DNA of 64,000 bases from positions 21,283 to 85,282 of the forward strand of contig JBBIGR010000015.1 in the NCBI GenBank assembly GCA_037447435.1, read 5' to 3'. Of this stretch, positions 50,201-58,490 are shown piece after piece. The stretch is from Fibrobacteria bacterium. GTDB taxonomy: Bacteria; Fibrobacterota; Chitinivibrionia; Chitinivibrionales; FEN-1185. The first letter of the stretch is position 1; each line of letters begins with the position of its first letter. The position numbers and the translations under genes are program-made. The notes below the pieces were generated by a model. That model saw only the letters and a list, made by a program, of their open reading frames with translations. It ran no database searches and was not told where the DNA came from.

Positions 50201-51103
50201 TGAATCGTTGTTTTTATTTTTAACGACGCACGTGTACAGACCGGAATCCGCAAAAGCGGCATGTGCGATGGTAAAAGCGGCATTAGTTTGCCCGGGAATT
50301 TCCAAAGAAGCGTGAAACCATTTATAGGTAAACGGCGTATCGCCAACTGCGGTTACAGTAAAAACGATAGACGAATCCAGGGGCTTTGTCGTGTTGGCCG
50401 GTGAAATTACCGCAGAAAAAATATTGAGTGGTTTTACCGATAAAGTACAATTGGACGAAGTGACGGTATCGCCCCATTTGTCGGTCACAAAACAATTGTA
50501 TATGCCGGAATCCGCAAAAGCAATATGGTTTAAAAGCAGACCCAATTCCGTTTTGCCCGTTAAACTTGAGGAACCGTGGTTCCATTGATACTTGAAAGGA
50601 CCGTCGCCTTCTGCCGTTACATAAAAGTTGGCGATTGAATCCGTGCTTTGAGTTATGATCGTCGGTTTGATGGAGGCCTTTACGATTTTCCCGGCAATGC
50701 GGATTTCTCCGCTTTGCGATGACACCTTCCCTCCTTGAATGTCCGCTTGCACATTAATAACCCATCTGCCGGCAGAAGCGAATGTAAAAGCATACCACAG
50801 AGTATCGAGGTAATCGTTTTTAATGACAATGGTCGAATCGTTATTGTTCTTATATTTAATTATAGTAAATAGTATCGAATCGATAAGGTTGGAAACCGAA
50901 GGACATACTCCGATTCTAAAAGTATTGCCAACCGTATCGTACACAATGTTTCCAGATGCTAAAACCCCTTTTGAATCTCTGAACGCCAAGGTGATTTTGG
51001 CATTATCGGTATTGGTGAAAGGATTTTGAGGATTCGTACAAAATAAAACCAACAACATGAAGGGCATTGCATACAATAGTATTAAAAGAAACTTTTTATT
51101 CAT
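47225..51103 (-). CDS. large multi-domain surface lipoprotein (Ig, FN3-like, Big/cadherin-like, B-repeats, C-terminal BNR/Asp-box propeller)
   Basis: VLFC lipobox-like; four YxW..DSGxY Ig units; TGYRFTGWTGD repeats; SxDxGxTW Asp-boxes. Confidence 0.8.
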   Translation of the reverse strand: MNKKFLLILLYAMPFMLLVLFCTNPQNPFTNTDNAKITLAFRDSKGVLASGNIVYDTVGNTFRIGVCPSVSNLIDSILFTIIKYKNNNDSTIVIKNDYLDTLWYAFTFASAGRWVINVQADIQGGKVSSQSGEIRIAGKIVKASIKPTIITQSTDSIANFYVTAEGDGPFKYQWNHGSSSLTGKTELGLLLNHIAFADSGIYNCFVTDKWGDTVTSSNCTLSVKPLNIFSAVISPANTTKPLDSSIVFTVTAVGDTPFTYKWFHASLEIPGQTNAAFTIAHAAFADSGLYTCVVKNKNNDSITTSAAILHVIAKANGKPVLSLVKGHLKILSSEICSLTVKSTEPDIGQSDTVTVLKGPLNFSFKDSLFTWAVPSGYLGTDTVKMDTVFFRSSDNGIPSLQDTLKVAIEVRKSIALPDSIKNLVGITRNNGIFTFKWNASKNADNYQVYRAKDTTNFVSLGTCIDTFFANAVKDTAFYYYVVASNSKGMSAPSNRILSTSVNTAPKWIRDTIKVSVLENASITINLADSVSDANGDNIVYQMTSGDPLKNSLVFSTWKYTASYTDSGTYPIKIQASDGIAAPSAITILLHVVNVPRPPQPQPQSVSTKRNTALQITLSAISPDSTAITSWVIDTAATHGTAALANSSQPTVTYTPTPGFIGTDYFTFKASAGSLQSVSSAKVSIKIDTNNIAPVISQKLAAKTLTSGDSLVLSVTVNSDVFPAPLYSWYKGGAFLDSTRVGTWKKLNMQGSDSGFYYVIASNLAGRDSSGASVTVNVPPTVTTQPQAKRILEHQTIALNVVAIGTLPLTYQWRKNGTNIPSNSSAQNYSLSNVTPTDSGDYTVIVTNVVRSCTSAVAHVTVLPTYSLATSSLPTVGGTISRSNDTIAYAMGDSVTLTATAATGYRFTGWTGDASGTTNPLKVIFTGSKNVTAKFIKQYSLTITVPQGGTLTKTPNQTTYDSNSTVILTVTAALTYNFFGWTGDTTAQSNSISLVMNANKNLLANIIPHYNWVPANSGLTDTIVKSFAFNGNVIYAGSADSGVYRTINGGTSWNKMDTGLTGLCVYSLACMGSIVIAGTDAGAFLSKDSAKTWQVSTTWNGGSCYALGVKGTGIYGGALGAIYFSPDSGKTWTQLTLSIAGQIYSIAINGSTILAGDRGNIKQSQDDGSTWYNRVTLSYFTPYSFNFNGTNIFAGTPTYGIYRSPDAGTTWTRIDTTIATRALTSYGSTIFAGGQKFDDPNGFSDIFVSIDNGEHWYPQGFSGTSGKNALILIGKTIFLGLNGSGGIYKASIP

Positions 51104-51232
51104 AGTTTCCAAATCCTTATTAATAAAACCGATTCCGAATTATTTAACACCTAAAATATTATTTTGCAAGCCGGCATATTGTGATGGCGATCACAATTTG
51201 TATTTTTTTTTATATATTTTACAAAGTTGCTA

Positions 51233-51248
51233 ACTTGTATAGTCAACT
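51233..51248. promoter_or_regulatory. NagR/DasR-like operator box
   Basis: ACTTGTATAGTCAACT in the divergent promoter region; 13/16 match to B. subtilis NagR consensus ATTGGTATAGACAACT. Confidence 0.65.
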
Positions 51249-51397
51249 ATATATCATATTTAAGGATGTTTTTTTGGTGGGCCTGGAATCAAATCCGTAA
51301 AACCTGCGAAAAATCGCAATTTTAAGGACTTTGCAAAAAAAGGTTAAGTTTTTGCAAAGAAAATATCAAAAACGGTTTCCATATATTAGGTATTTTA

Positions 51398-51955
51398 TTG
51401 GCTCCAAAACCAGTGGTTGTCGGGGGTGTAAAAATTTTATCTCCTTTTAAGTTTTGTCCGCGTTGCGCCAGTCCCGATATTTTGTCGCATTTGGAACACG
51501 GCATTCAATGTAAATCCTGCGACCTTATTTACTTTCATAATACGGCGGCAGGGGTTGCGGCAATTATCGAGATCGAAGATAAAATTCTGCTTTTAAAGCG
51601 TTCGCATGATCCTAAAAAAGGTTATTTGGATTTTCCCGGCGGTTTTGTAGATTATCATGAGTCCTTTGAAATGGCTCTTGTTCGCGAAATTCGTGAAGAG
51701 CTAAACATCGAGGTTTGCGATATCCGGTATTTCGGCTCATGGCACAACGAATATCAATATAAAGACGTGGCTTATTTTGCCGCCGATGCGTATTTCGTGT
51801 GCAAGCCCAAAGATTTGAGCACTTTGAAATTATCCGAGGAAAACGATTCGTACGTTATCATCGACCCGTTGAAAATAGACGATGCGGAAATGGCTTTTCC
51901 GCCGATGGTCGTAATGCTGAACAAGTATCGGGCAAGTAAAAAGGCTAAATGTTAG
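51398..51955 (+). CDS. NUDIX hydrolase with N-terminal Zn ribbon
   Basis: CPRC/CKSC; GGFVDYHESFEMALVREIREELN Nudix box; start uncertain. Confidence 0.88.
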   Translation: MAPKPVVVGGVKILSPFKFCPRCASPDILSHLEHGIQCKSCDLIYFHNTAAGVAAIIEIEDKILLLKRSHDPKKGYLDFPGGFVDYHESFEMALVREIREELNIEVCDIRYFGSWHNEYQYKDVAYFAADAYFVCKPKDLSTLKLSEENDSYVIIDPLKIDDAEMAFPPMVVMLNKYRASKKAKC

Positions 51956-51994
51956 CTTGTTAATTTCATAAAAACCTTTACAAGGAGGATTTCG

Positions 51995-53119
51995 ATGGCT
52001 GTTACAAAAGTTCCGTTTTATGGTCATGTCCGTCAATATTTGAACATTAAAAATGAAATCGACACCAATATGCAGAAGGTGTTGATGAGCGGCGAATACG
52101 TTTCCGGCCCCATGCTTAAGCAGTTCGAAGGCGAACTTGCCGCATACGCAGGAACCAAACACGCTATCGGCGTTGCCAACGGCACCGACGCTCTCTGGCT
52201 TGTCATGATGGCCCTTGGCCTCAAAGCCGGCGACGAGATCATCACCAACGCAAACACCTTCTTCGCAACAGCCGAAGCAGGCTGGATCGCCGGTTGCAAA
52301 GTCGTGCTTGTCGACTGCGACGAGAAAACCCGCTGCATCGACATCGCAAAACTCAAAGCGGCAATCGGTCCCAAGACCAAAGCGATCGTTCCGGTACATC
52401 TTTACGGCCAATGCGCTCCTATGCGTGAAATCCGTAAACTTGCCGACGAACACAAACTGTATGTCATCGAGGACAACGCACAGGCCATCGACGCACGCGG
52501 CGACAATTTCAAAATCGGCGAACTCTCCGACGCGGTTTGCACCAGCTTCATTATCCAGAAAAACCTCGGAACTTTCGGCGACAGCGGCGCGATTTTCACA
52601 AACAATTCCGATATCGACGCAAAAGTACGCAAGCTCCGCAACCACGGTTCGGCAGCGCGTAATTGCCACAGCTTCGGTTTCAACAGCCGTCTCGACGATC
52701 TTCATGCCGGTATCCTGAGCGCAAAACTCAAGCATATCACCGAATGGTCCGACATGCGCCGCAAATGGGCAGCACGTTACACCGAAGGTCTCAAAGGTTT
52801 GGATTTCATCACTCTTCCGTACGAAGTTCCCGGTTATCGTCATGTATTCCATCTTTACGTCATCGAAACCAAAGACGCTTCGGACCGCGAAAAGCTTTTG
52901 AAGCATCTCAACGCCAACGGTGTTGATGCGAAAACACATTACTCGATCGCGATCCACCAGCAGGAAGGTTTCCCTTGGGGAAAAGAAGCTGAAATCCGCG
53001 GCACATTGACAAACGCAGAAAAGAACGCCGCATCCTGCATTTCGCTTCCAATGTTCCCTGAAATCACTGCGGAAGAAATCGATTATACGATCCAGGTAGT
53101 AAAGTCGTTCAAGAAGTAA
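51995..53119 (+). CDS. DegT/DnrJ/EryC1/StrS sugar aminotransferase
   Basis: ANGTDAL, PVHLYGQ, IEDNAQA, SFIIQKNLG (PLP Lys), NSRLDD. Confidence 0.93.
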   Translation: MAVTKVPFYGHVRQYLNIKNEIDTNMQKVLMSGEYVSGPMLKQFEGELAAYAGTKHAIGVANGTDALWLVMMALGLKAGDEIITNANTFFATAEAGWIAGCKVVLVDCDEKTRCIDIAKLKAAIGPKTKAIVPVHLYGQCAPMREIRKLADEHKLYVIEDNAQAIDARGDNFKIGELSDAVCTSFIIQKNLGTFGDSGAIFTNNSDIDAKVRKLRNHGSAARNCHSFGFNSRLDDLHAGILSAKLKHITEWSDMRRKWAARYTEGLKGLDFITLPYEVPGYRHVFHLYVIETKDASDREKLLKHLNANGVDAKTHYSIAIHQQEGFPWGKEAEIRGTLTNAEKNAASCISLPMFPEITAEEIDYTIQVVKSFKK

Positions 53120-53137
53120 TGTAACGGCACCAATCGT

Positions 53138-53173
53138 AACGTCGCGCAAAACGTCTTTGTTTTGCGCGACGTT
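53138..53173. repeat. 15-bp stem intergenic hairpin inside the operon
   Basis: AACGTCGCGCAAAAC-GTCTTT-GTTTTGCGCGACGTT, no long U-tract. Confidence 0.7.
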
Positions 53174-53205
53174 TGCACCCATTCTTTTAATTCGAGGAGT
53201 TTCAG

Positions 53206-54282
53206 ATGAGTCAACAATATACCGTTATGGTCGTTGGAATGGGAAAGCGCGGCATGCACCACGCCACACATTTTCACGCGAACCCCAATTTCAAAGTGGT
53301 CGGCATCTGCGACATTAAAGAATCCCTTCTTGTGGAACCTGCCAAACAACTCGGCAATCCCAAAATCGGCACCGACGCAAAAGCAATGGCAATGGAATTG
53401 AAACCCGATTTGTTCTGCTTTGCCACGTTACCCAACATTCGCTCCGAAATGATCAAAATCGGGCTCGACTGCGGCGCAAAAATGATCGCGTTCGAAAAAC
53501 CCGTCGCCCTCACGTCCGACGAAGGCGCAAAAGTAAAGAAATTGCTCGAAGGTAAAAACGTCAAGGTCGTGGTGAGCCATCAGCACCGCTACGGCAAACA
53601 TTACCAGGCGGTCAAAGACGTCATCGCTTCCGGAAAAATCGGCAAAGTCCATACCGTATACGGCAACGCGCACGGCTGGGCTGCGCATATGCTTTCCCAC
53701 CTCATCGATTATTCGATGTGGTACAATAATTATTCCAAGCCGCAATGGGTCATGGCGCAGGCAGCCGGTACCAATAAATTTTCCGATCCAAAACTTCACG
53801 AATCGCCCGATTATATCGGCGGGTTCGTCCAATTCGAAAACGGCGTTCGCGGCATTTACGAATGCGGCGGCGGCGCGCCCGACGTACCGGAAGTGGCACG
53901 TTGGTGGGGAAAAAACAAAATGGGAGCAATCGGCACCGAAGGGTATGCCGAAGTATATACCGGCAACGGCTGGAAAGCCGTTACCAAGGACGGAATTCTT
54001 ACCGGTGAAGGTTCGATGGATTACGCCCTCGACATGCCCGGTTACATTAAAGACATGGCAGACTGGTTAAGCGACGATAAAAAGGTTCATCCGTGCTGTT
54101 TCGAAAACGCTTATGCCGGTTTCGAAGTCATGATGGGAATGTTCCGCAGCGCAGCGCAGGGCGGACAAGTAGGAATACCTCTTGCAGGCGGCATGAACGA
54201 AATCGAAGCGCTCAAAAAAGCCTTGCCGGCGACGAAGCTGTATGTTACGCTTGAAGAAAGCAAGAAAGAGTTCAACTGCTGA
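53206..54282 (+). CDS. Gfo/Idh/MocA family oxidoreductase
   Basis: VVGMGKRG, FEKPVA, HQHRY, SHLID. Confidence 0.9.
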   Translation: MSQQYTVMVVGMGKRGMHHATHFHANPNFKVVGICDIKESLLVEPAKQLGNPKIGTDAKAMAMELKPDLFCFATLPNIRSEMIKIGLDCGAKMIAFEKPVALTSDEGAKVKKLLEGKNVKVVVSHQHRYGKHYQAVKDVIASGKIGKVHTVYGNAHGWAAHMLSHLIDYSMWYNNYSKPQWVMAQAAGTNKFSDPKLHESPDYIGGFVQFENGVRGIYECGGGAPDVPEVARWWGKNKMGAIGTEGYAEVYTGNGWKAVTKDGILTGEGSMDYALDMPGYIKDMADWLSDDKKVHPCCFENAYAGFEVMMGMFRSAAQGGQVGIPLAGGMNEIEALKKALPATKLYVTLEESKKEFNC

Positions 54283-55067
54283 TGGAAGTCATAATCCAAT
54301 CGAATAAAGAGACTGCGACGCATCTGGCGACAAAAATCATCGCCGATGAACTGTCGAAGAATCCTCACATGGTACTTGGCCTGGCAACAGGCCGTACCAT
54401 GGAGCTTCTCTATGAGTACCTGGTTAAGGAGCACACGCAGAACAATCTCGATTTTTCTCTGTGTCGAACCTATAATCTCGACGAATACGTGGGCTTGCCT
54501 GCAGAAAGTCCCTATTCGTACTATTCATATATGCGGAAACATTTATTCGATCATGTCAATATCGATTTACGAAATACGCATTTACCGAACGGTATGGCAC
54601 CGGACCTCGACAACGAAGGTATGCGCTACGAAAAGCTTATTGCACGCGACGGCGGTATCGACCTGCAACTGCTCGGCATCGGCAGAGCCGGCCACATCGG
54701 TTTCAACGAGCCGCTTTCCGCTCTCAGGTCTCACACCAGGGTAAAATCGCTGACACCTGAGACCATTGCGCAAAATGCTCCGCTTTTTGCCAAACCCGAA
54801 GACATGCCCAGACGGGCAATTACGATGGGAGTTGGAACAGTATCAAATAGCAAGCGATGTCTCATGCTGGTGACCGGCGAAGAAAAGGCAACGGTTCTTG
54901 CCAAAGCGGTCGAAGGCCCTATAACCGCAATGATAACCGCCTCTGCGCTGCAATTGCATCCGCGATGCACGGTTATTTGCGATGAGGAAGCTGCCCAAAA
55001 ACTCGAAGGCAAGGATTACTATTATTGGATTTTCAATAATGAACCGGAATGGGAAAAATTCCGGTAA
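54282..55067 (+). CDS. nagB: glucosamine-6-phosphate deaminase
   Basis: LGLATGRT, NLDEYVGL, LLGIGRAGHIGFNEP, AITMGVG. Confidence 0.95.
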   Translation: MEVIIQSNKETATHLATKIIADELSKNPHMVLGLATGRTMELLYEYLVKEHTQNNLDFSLCRTYNLDEYVGLPAESPYSYYSYMRKHLFDHVNIDLRNTHLPNGMAPDLDNEGMRYEKLIARDGGIDLQLLGIGRAGHIGFNEPLSALRSHTRVKSLTPETIAQNAPLFAKPEDMPRRAITMGVGTVSNSKRCLMLVTGEEKATVLAKAVEGPITAMITASALQLHPRCTVICDEEAAQKLEGKDYYYWIFNNEPEWEKFR

Positions 55068-55073
55068 TAACCC

Positions 55074-55835
55074 TTACTTTTTGATATTGACTTTTAATTT
55101 ATACCGGTCGGCCAGGTAAATGCCTTTGATGAATTCGATCGGATCGCCCGCCTTTGAAAAGGTGGTACCCGAAATGAATAAAACAGGCATCCCGCTTTTT
55201 ATATCCAATTGTTTTGCTTCATGCGCGCTCACCAGCTTCGGTTCGATCACATGGTCGGCTCGCGACAATTTTATATTGAGATCGTGCTCCAGGAACCGGT
55301 AAATCGAAAAATGTTCGTCAAAATTCCGCGTTAAAATTTCCTTACCGATGTAATACGGTAAAAAAGAACTTTCCAAGGCAAATGCTTTGCCTTCGACGTA
55401 ACGGATACGCTGGATCATCACTAAAAAGTTTTTCTTTTCTTCCTGTAAACCGGAATAGGCATCTATCGATTCGCTGTTGAAACCGATCTTTTTTACTTCC
55501 AAAATTTTTGAACTGACATTAAACCCGAGCTTGATCATTTCCGTGGAAAAGCCGTCGAGCTTGATAAGCATTTGGGTATTGTTCTGACTGTTGGCGAAAC
55601 TCCCTTTGCCGTGCTTGGTAAAGACCCACCCTTCTTTTTGCAGTTCACGAATGGTATGTCGAACGGTCATTCTGCTTATCCCGCATTGCTTGGCAAGTAC
55701 GGTTTCGCTGGGAATCTTCTCGTTCGGCTTTATTCTTTTTTCTAAAATATCGCTTTTCAGCGCTTCTTTTAGCTGCAAATAAATGGGGACTTCGGAATTT
55801 TTATTTATTTTTCCGCATATGTCATCAGCCGGCAT
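55074..55835 (-). CDS. GntR/HutC (UTRA) transcriptional regulator, NagR/DasR-like
   Basis: PIYLQL, IPSE, ISRMTVR, GKGSF; C-terminal UTRA domain; flanked by two nagB-type genes. Confidence 0.9.
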   Translation of the reverse strand: MPADDICGKINKNSEVPIYLQLKEALKSDILEKRIKPNEKIPSETVLAKQCGISRMTVRHTIRELQKEGWVFTKHGKGSFANSQNNTQMLIKLDGFSTEMIKLGFNVSSKILEVKKIGFNSESIDAYSGLQEEKKNFLVMIQRIRYVEGKAFALESSFLPYYIGKEILTRNFDEHFSIYRFLEHDLNIKLSRADHVIEPKLVSAHEAKQLDIKSGMPVLFISGTTFSKAGDPIEFIKGIYLADRYKLKVNIKK

Positions 55836-55925
55836 TACGCCTCCTTTGGAGGATAGAGGGCAAAAGCGTAGACCATGGTACCAAGATTAACCGGTGTATA
55901 ATTCAGATATAGGTACTAAAATAGC

Positions 55926-55968
55926 ACAGGGTTTGCAAAATGCCAAAAAAAGATTATGCAAACCCTGT
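55926..55968. terminator. hairpin after the NagB fusion gene
   Basis: ACAGGGTTTGCA ... TGCAAACCCTGT. Confidence 0.45.
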
Positions 55969-56003
55969 TTAATGGAGTGTATAAAAATATACGAAGAAAG
56001 GAT

Positions 56004-58364
56004 TTAAACCGCTTCGGTGACCTTTTTTAGCTCCCTGACTTTTTCGAAAAATTCTGGCAATTCCATTTCCTTTAAGAATATCATACCCCGCGCAGCCCGA
56101 AGTCTCGGATTGGAATTTTTCAGGAAATAATCATGACCAAGGCAGGTTTTGATCACCGTATACTGATCGACCTGATTTTTTTGGGCAAGCTCCGAAAACG
56201 GTCCGTCATGCTCGGAACTTGGAAAAGACGCTGCGCTTTGGGACCCGAAACAATTCATGAAGGCATTGTGCAGCTGCGACAAAGTGTTGAGCGAAACAGG
56301 CACAAAATAATTTGATTCCGACGGTTTGAATTTGAACCAGACGTTGCGATAGCCCCAAATCTTCAGTTTTGCCGAGTCGGCGGGATTTTCTTTCTCGTAA
56401 ATCTTGACCGCTTCGGCCACTGCCTGCAACGCCTTATAATGGGTATCGGGGCCGCTTGCCTCGGGATCAAATGCAACCGATATCACGTTCGGCTTTACTT
56501 TTAACATAAGCTCGTATATGGGCACCACGTCGCGGTTGACCTGCGGCTCATCGGAGAAAATATCGCCCTGGTAAAATCCCAGGCGCAAGGCATGGACATC
56601 CTTGGCCTCCATGCCGAAATATCCCCATAAAAGTTCGGCTTCCCATTCGCGGATCGTGCCTTTTAATTTCTGAATGTCGGGCGGATCTTTCGCGCCAGGG
56701 TATTGTGTTGACAAATAATGTTCAAGGTTGCCGAAATGATATTTGATCACGTTCAAATCGCGGGTCGCATAGACTTCGGTCAGGTTGCGCAAGACGCGCC
56801 GGGCTTCGGCTTCGTCTTTTTTATCTTTGCTGTATGCGGCGCTTCCGTCGAGGAACAAATACACGTCTTCCATTTTGCCCTTGGCGTTGGACGGACTGAA
56901 GTATCCTTCGGCAAGGAGCCTGGTGAATTCCGGCGAATCGATACGCGATTTAAGCTTCAAAAGAAGCGACAGGCAATATTGATTGGTCACCGACGTGAAA
57001 CCGGAAGTCAGATTCGCAAAGCTGTGATGATTGGTGCCGTCACGGAACAAATGATTGATAAGCCCGAAATACCCGAGCATGACATCGTCCTGATGCGGTT
57101 CGGTATGCAAAAAATTCGTTGCAGAGTACACCGATACGCCCTTTTCGATTTTCTTTACGATGCGGTCGTATGCCGCATTGGTAAGATCCTTAAAGGCTTT
57201 TCCGCTAATGCGCAACAGTTCTTTGGCAAACGGATCGGCATTAAAATCATCTTTTGTCAAATCGTGGAGCGGCTTACCCGTCGAAACCGAGAGCGCAATC
57301 ACGACCTCGTCGGCGACCGTATCGCCGATGGACTTTTGGCTCGAAAAATCGACGAGCTTGCGTTCCGTTAATTGTCCCGCAACGCCCTTGGTGCAATAAA
57401 ATCGCGCATACGGCAGATCCTGCAACACCGATGCGGGATACAACTGGTGTTTTTTCTCTTCCACGGCGTGTTTGACAACCGGGACTTTCCCGTCGCCCGC
57501 GGCTAGTATCAGCACCGTAGCCGTCGGGTTGTAGGTTATGGTCGCCAAGCCGATGGTGATGACAAGCCGGTTGCGCGACACCTCTATGCCGCCCAAATCC
57601 GTGGACGACGAAGCCTGGGTTTCGTAATTCGTGCCGGTCAACCGCGTCACCGAATATGCACCCGAGCCGCGGACGTTATAAGCGATGTGGCCATCGGGCC
57701 CGATACTGCCCACGAAAAAGCCTATGCCGCCAAGGTCGCGGATCCTTGTTTCAAAGTCCATGCAAAACATGTCGACCGAAGTGATCACTTCCTTTTGAAG
57801 CAATTCCTGCTCGTTTTTCGGCTTGCGGAACCGAAGCGACAAATCGATTATGTAATTGGGAAACACCTGTTCCATGGTGCGGCCGGCGGGAACGCCGAGA
57901 TTAGTGGCATCTATCAATATAGCCTTGTTCGCGTCGAGCCCCATGGAGTCCATATAGAATTTTTTAATAAAATTATTGCTGCTGTTGTGCTGATGCGAGT
58001 TCATGGGGTAGAATTCGTCCATTTGTACGAAGGTCAGGCTTTTCATGTCGGGCATTGTCGACCCGTTTATGCCGTATTCGGAAAGCAAACCCTGGATTTC
58101 CTTTGAAGTCCATTTCGAAAGTATCCTGTTGGTCCATTTTATGAACCGTTCCGGTGTTTTTCCGGTGGGAAGCGATATCACACCGCCCGGATTTTTCAAT
58201 ACCCATTCGATAAAACGAAATGCGGTCAATTTTCCTATCAGCGCCGAATTTTCGACTTCGATGACGGGAATTTTCTCCGTCGGCCCGTACATGAGTTTGC
58301 GGCCGCTCCGCGTTAATTCGACATTTTCGACCTGGGAATTTGCATCGTATGTTCGGGTTGTCAT
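56004..58364 (-). CDS. NagB-like deaminase fused to a PIG-L/LmbE-like deacetylase domain
   Basis: LPTGKTP, QMDEFYP, IGPDGHIAYN; HTEPHQDD and GPDTH in the C-terminal half. Confidence 0.82.
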   Translation of the reverse strand: MTTRTYDANSQVENVELTRSGRKLMYGPTEKIPVIEVENSALIGKLTAFRFIEWVLKNPGGVISLPTGKTPERFIKWTNRILSKWTSKEIQGLLSEYGINGSTMPDMKSLTFVQMDEFYPMNSHQHNSSNNFIKKFYMDSMGLDANKAILIDATNLGVPAGRTMEQVFPNYIIDLSLRFRKPKNEQELLQKEVITSVDMFCMDFETRIRDLGGIGFFVGSIGPDGHIAYNVRGSGAYSVTRLTGTNYETQASSSTDLGGIEVSRNRLVITIGLATITYNPTATVLILAAGDGKVPVVKHAVEEKKHQLYPASVLQDLPYARFYCTKGVAGQLTERKLVDFSSQKSIGDTVADEVVIALSVSTGKPLHDLTKDDFNADPFAKELLRISGKAFKDLTNAAYDRIVKKIEKGVSVYSATNFLHTEPHQDDVMLGYFGLINHLFRDGTNHHSFANLTSGFTSVTNQYCLSLLLKLKSRIDSPEFTRLLAEGYFSPSNAKGKMEDVYLFLDGSAAYSKDKKDEAEARRVLRNLTEVYATRDLNVIKYHFGNLEHYLSTQYPGAKDPPDIQKLKGTIREWEAELLWGYFGMEAKDVHALRLGFYQGDIFSDEPQVNRDVVPIYELMLKVKPNVISVAFDPEASGPDTHYKALQAVAEAVKIYEKENPADSAKLKIWGYRNVWFKFKPSESNYFVPVSLNTLSQLHNAFMNCFGSQSAASFPSSEHDGPFSELAQKNQVDQYTVIKTCLGHDYFLKNSNPRLRAARGMIFLKEMELPEFFEKVRELKKVTEAV

Positions 58365-58405
58365 GATTTTTCTTCCGGAAAAAGACTGTTTTGTGTGATA
58401 CCCTA

Positions 58406-58421
58406 ACTGTTATATACCTGT
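58406..58421. promoter_or_regulatory. NagR/DasR-like operator box
   Basis: ACTGTTATATACCTGT about 40 nt upstream of the NagB fusion start. Confidence 0.55.
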
Positions 58422-58456
58422 TGAAAAAATAATTACTGGAAAGGCAAAGGGGGTAG

Positions 58457-58474
58457 ATCTTGTATATACATGAT
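58457..58474. promoter_or_regulatory. NagR/DasR-like operator box
   Basis: Near-perfect palindrome ATCTTGTATATACATGAT. Confidence 0.65.
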
Positions 58475-58490
58475 ACGGTTTATAAATCTC

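Noticed and set aside
51830..53182. 450-aa minus-strand ORF
   Set aside because: Antisense shadow of the codon-biased DegT gene; no motifs
55862..55905. Possible autoregulatory boxes before the GntR gene (AAAAGCGTAGACCATG, ACCGGTGTATAATTCA)
   Set aside because: Only half-site matches; not counted among the six boxes
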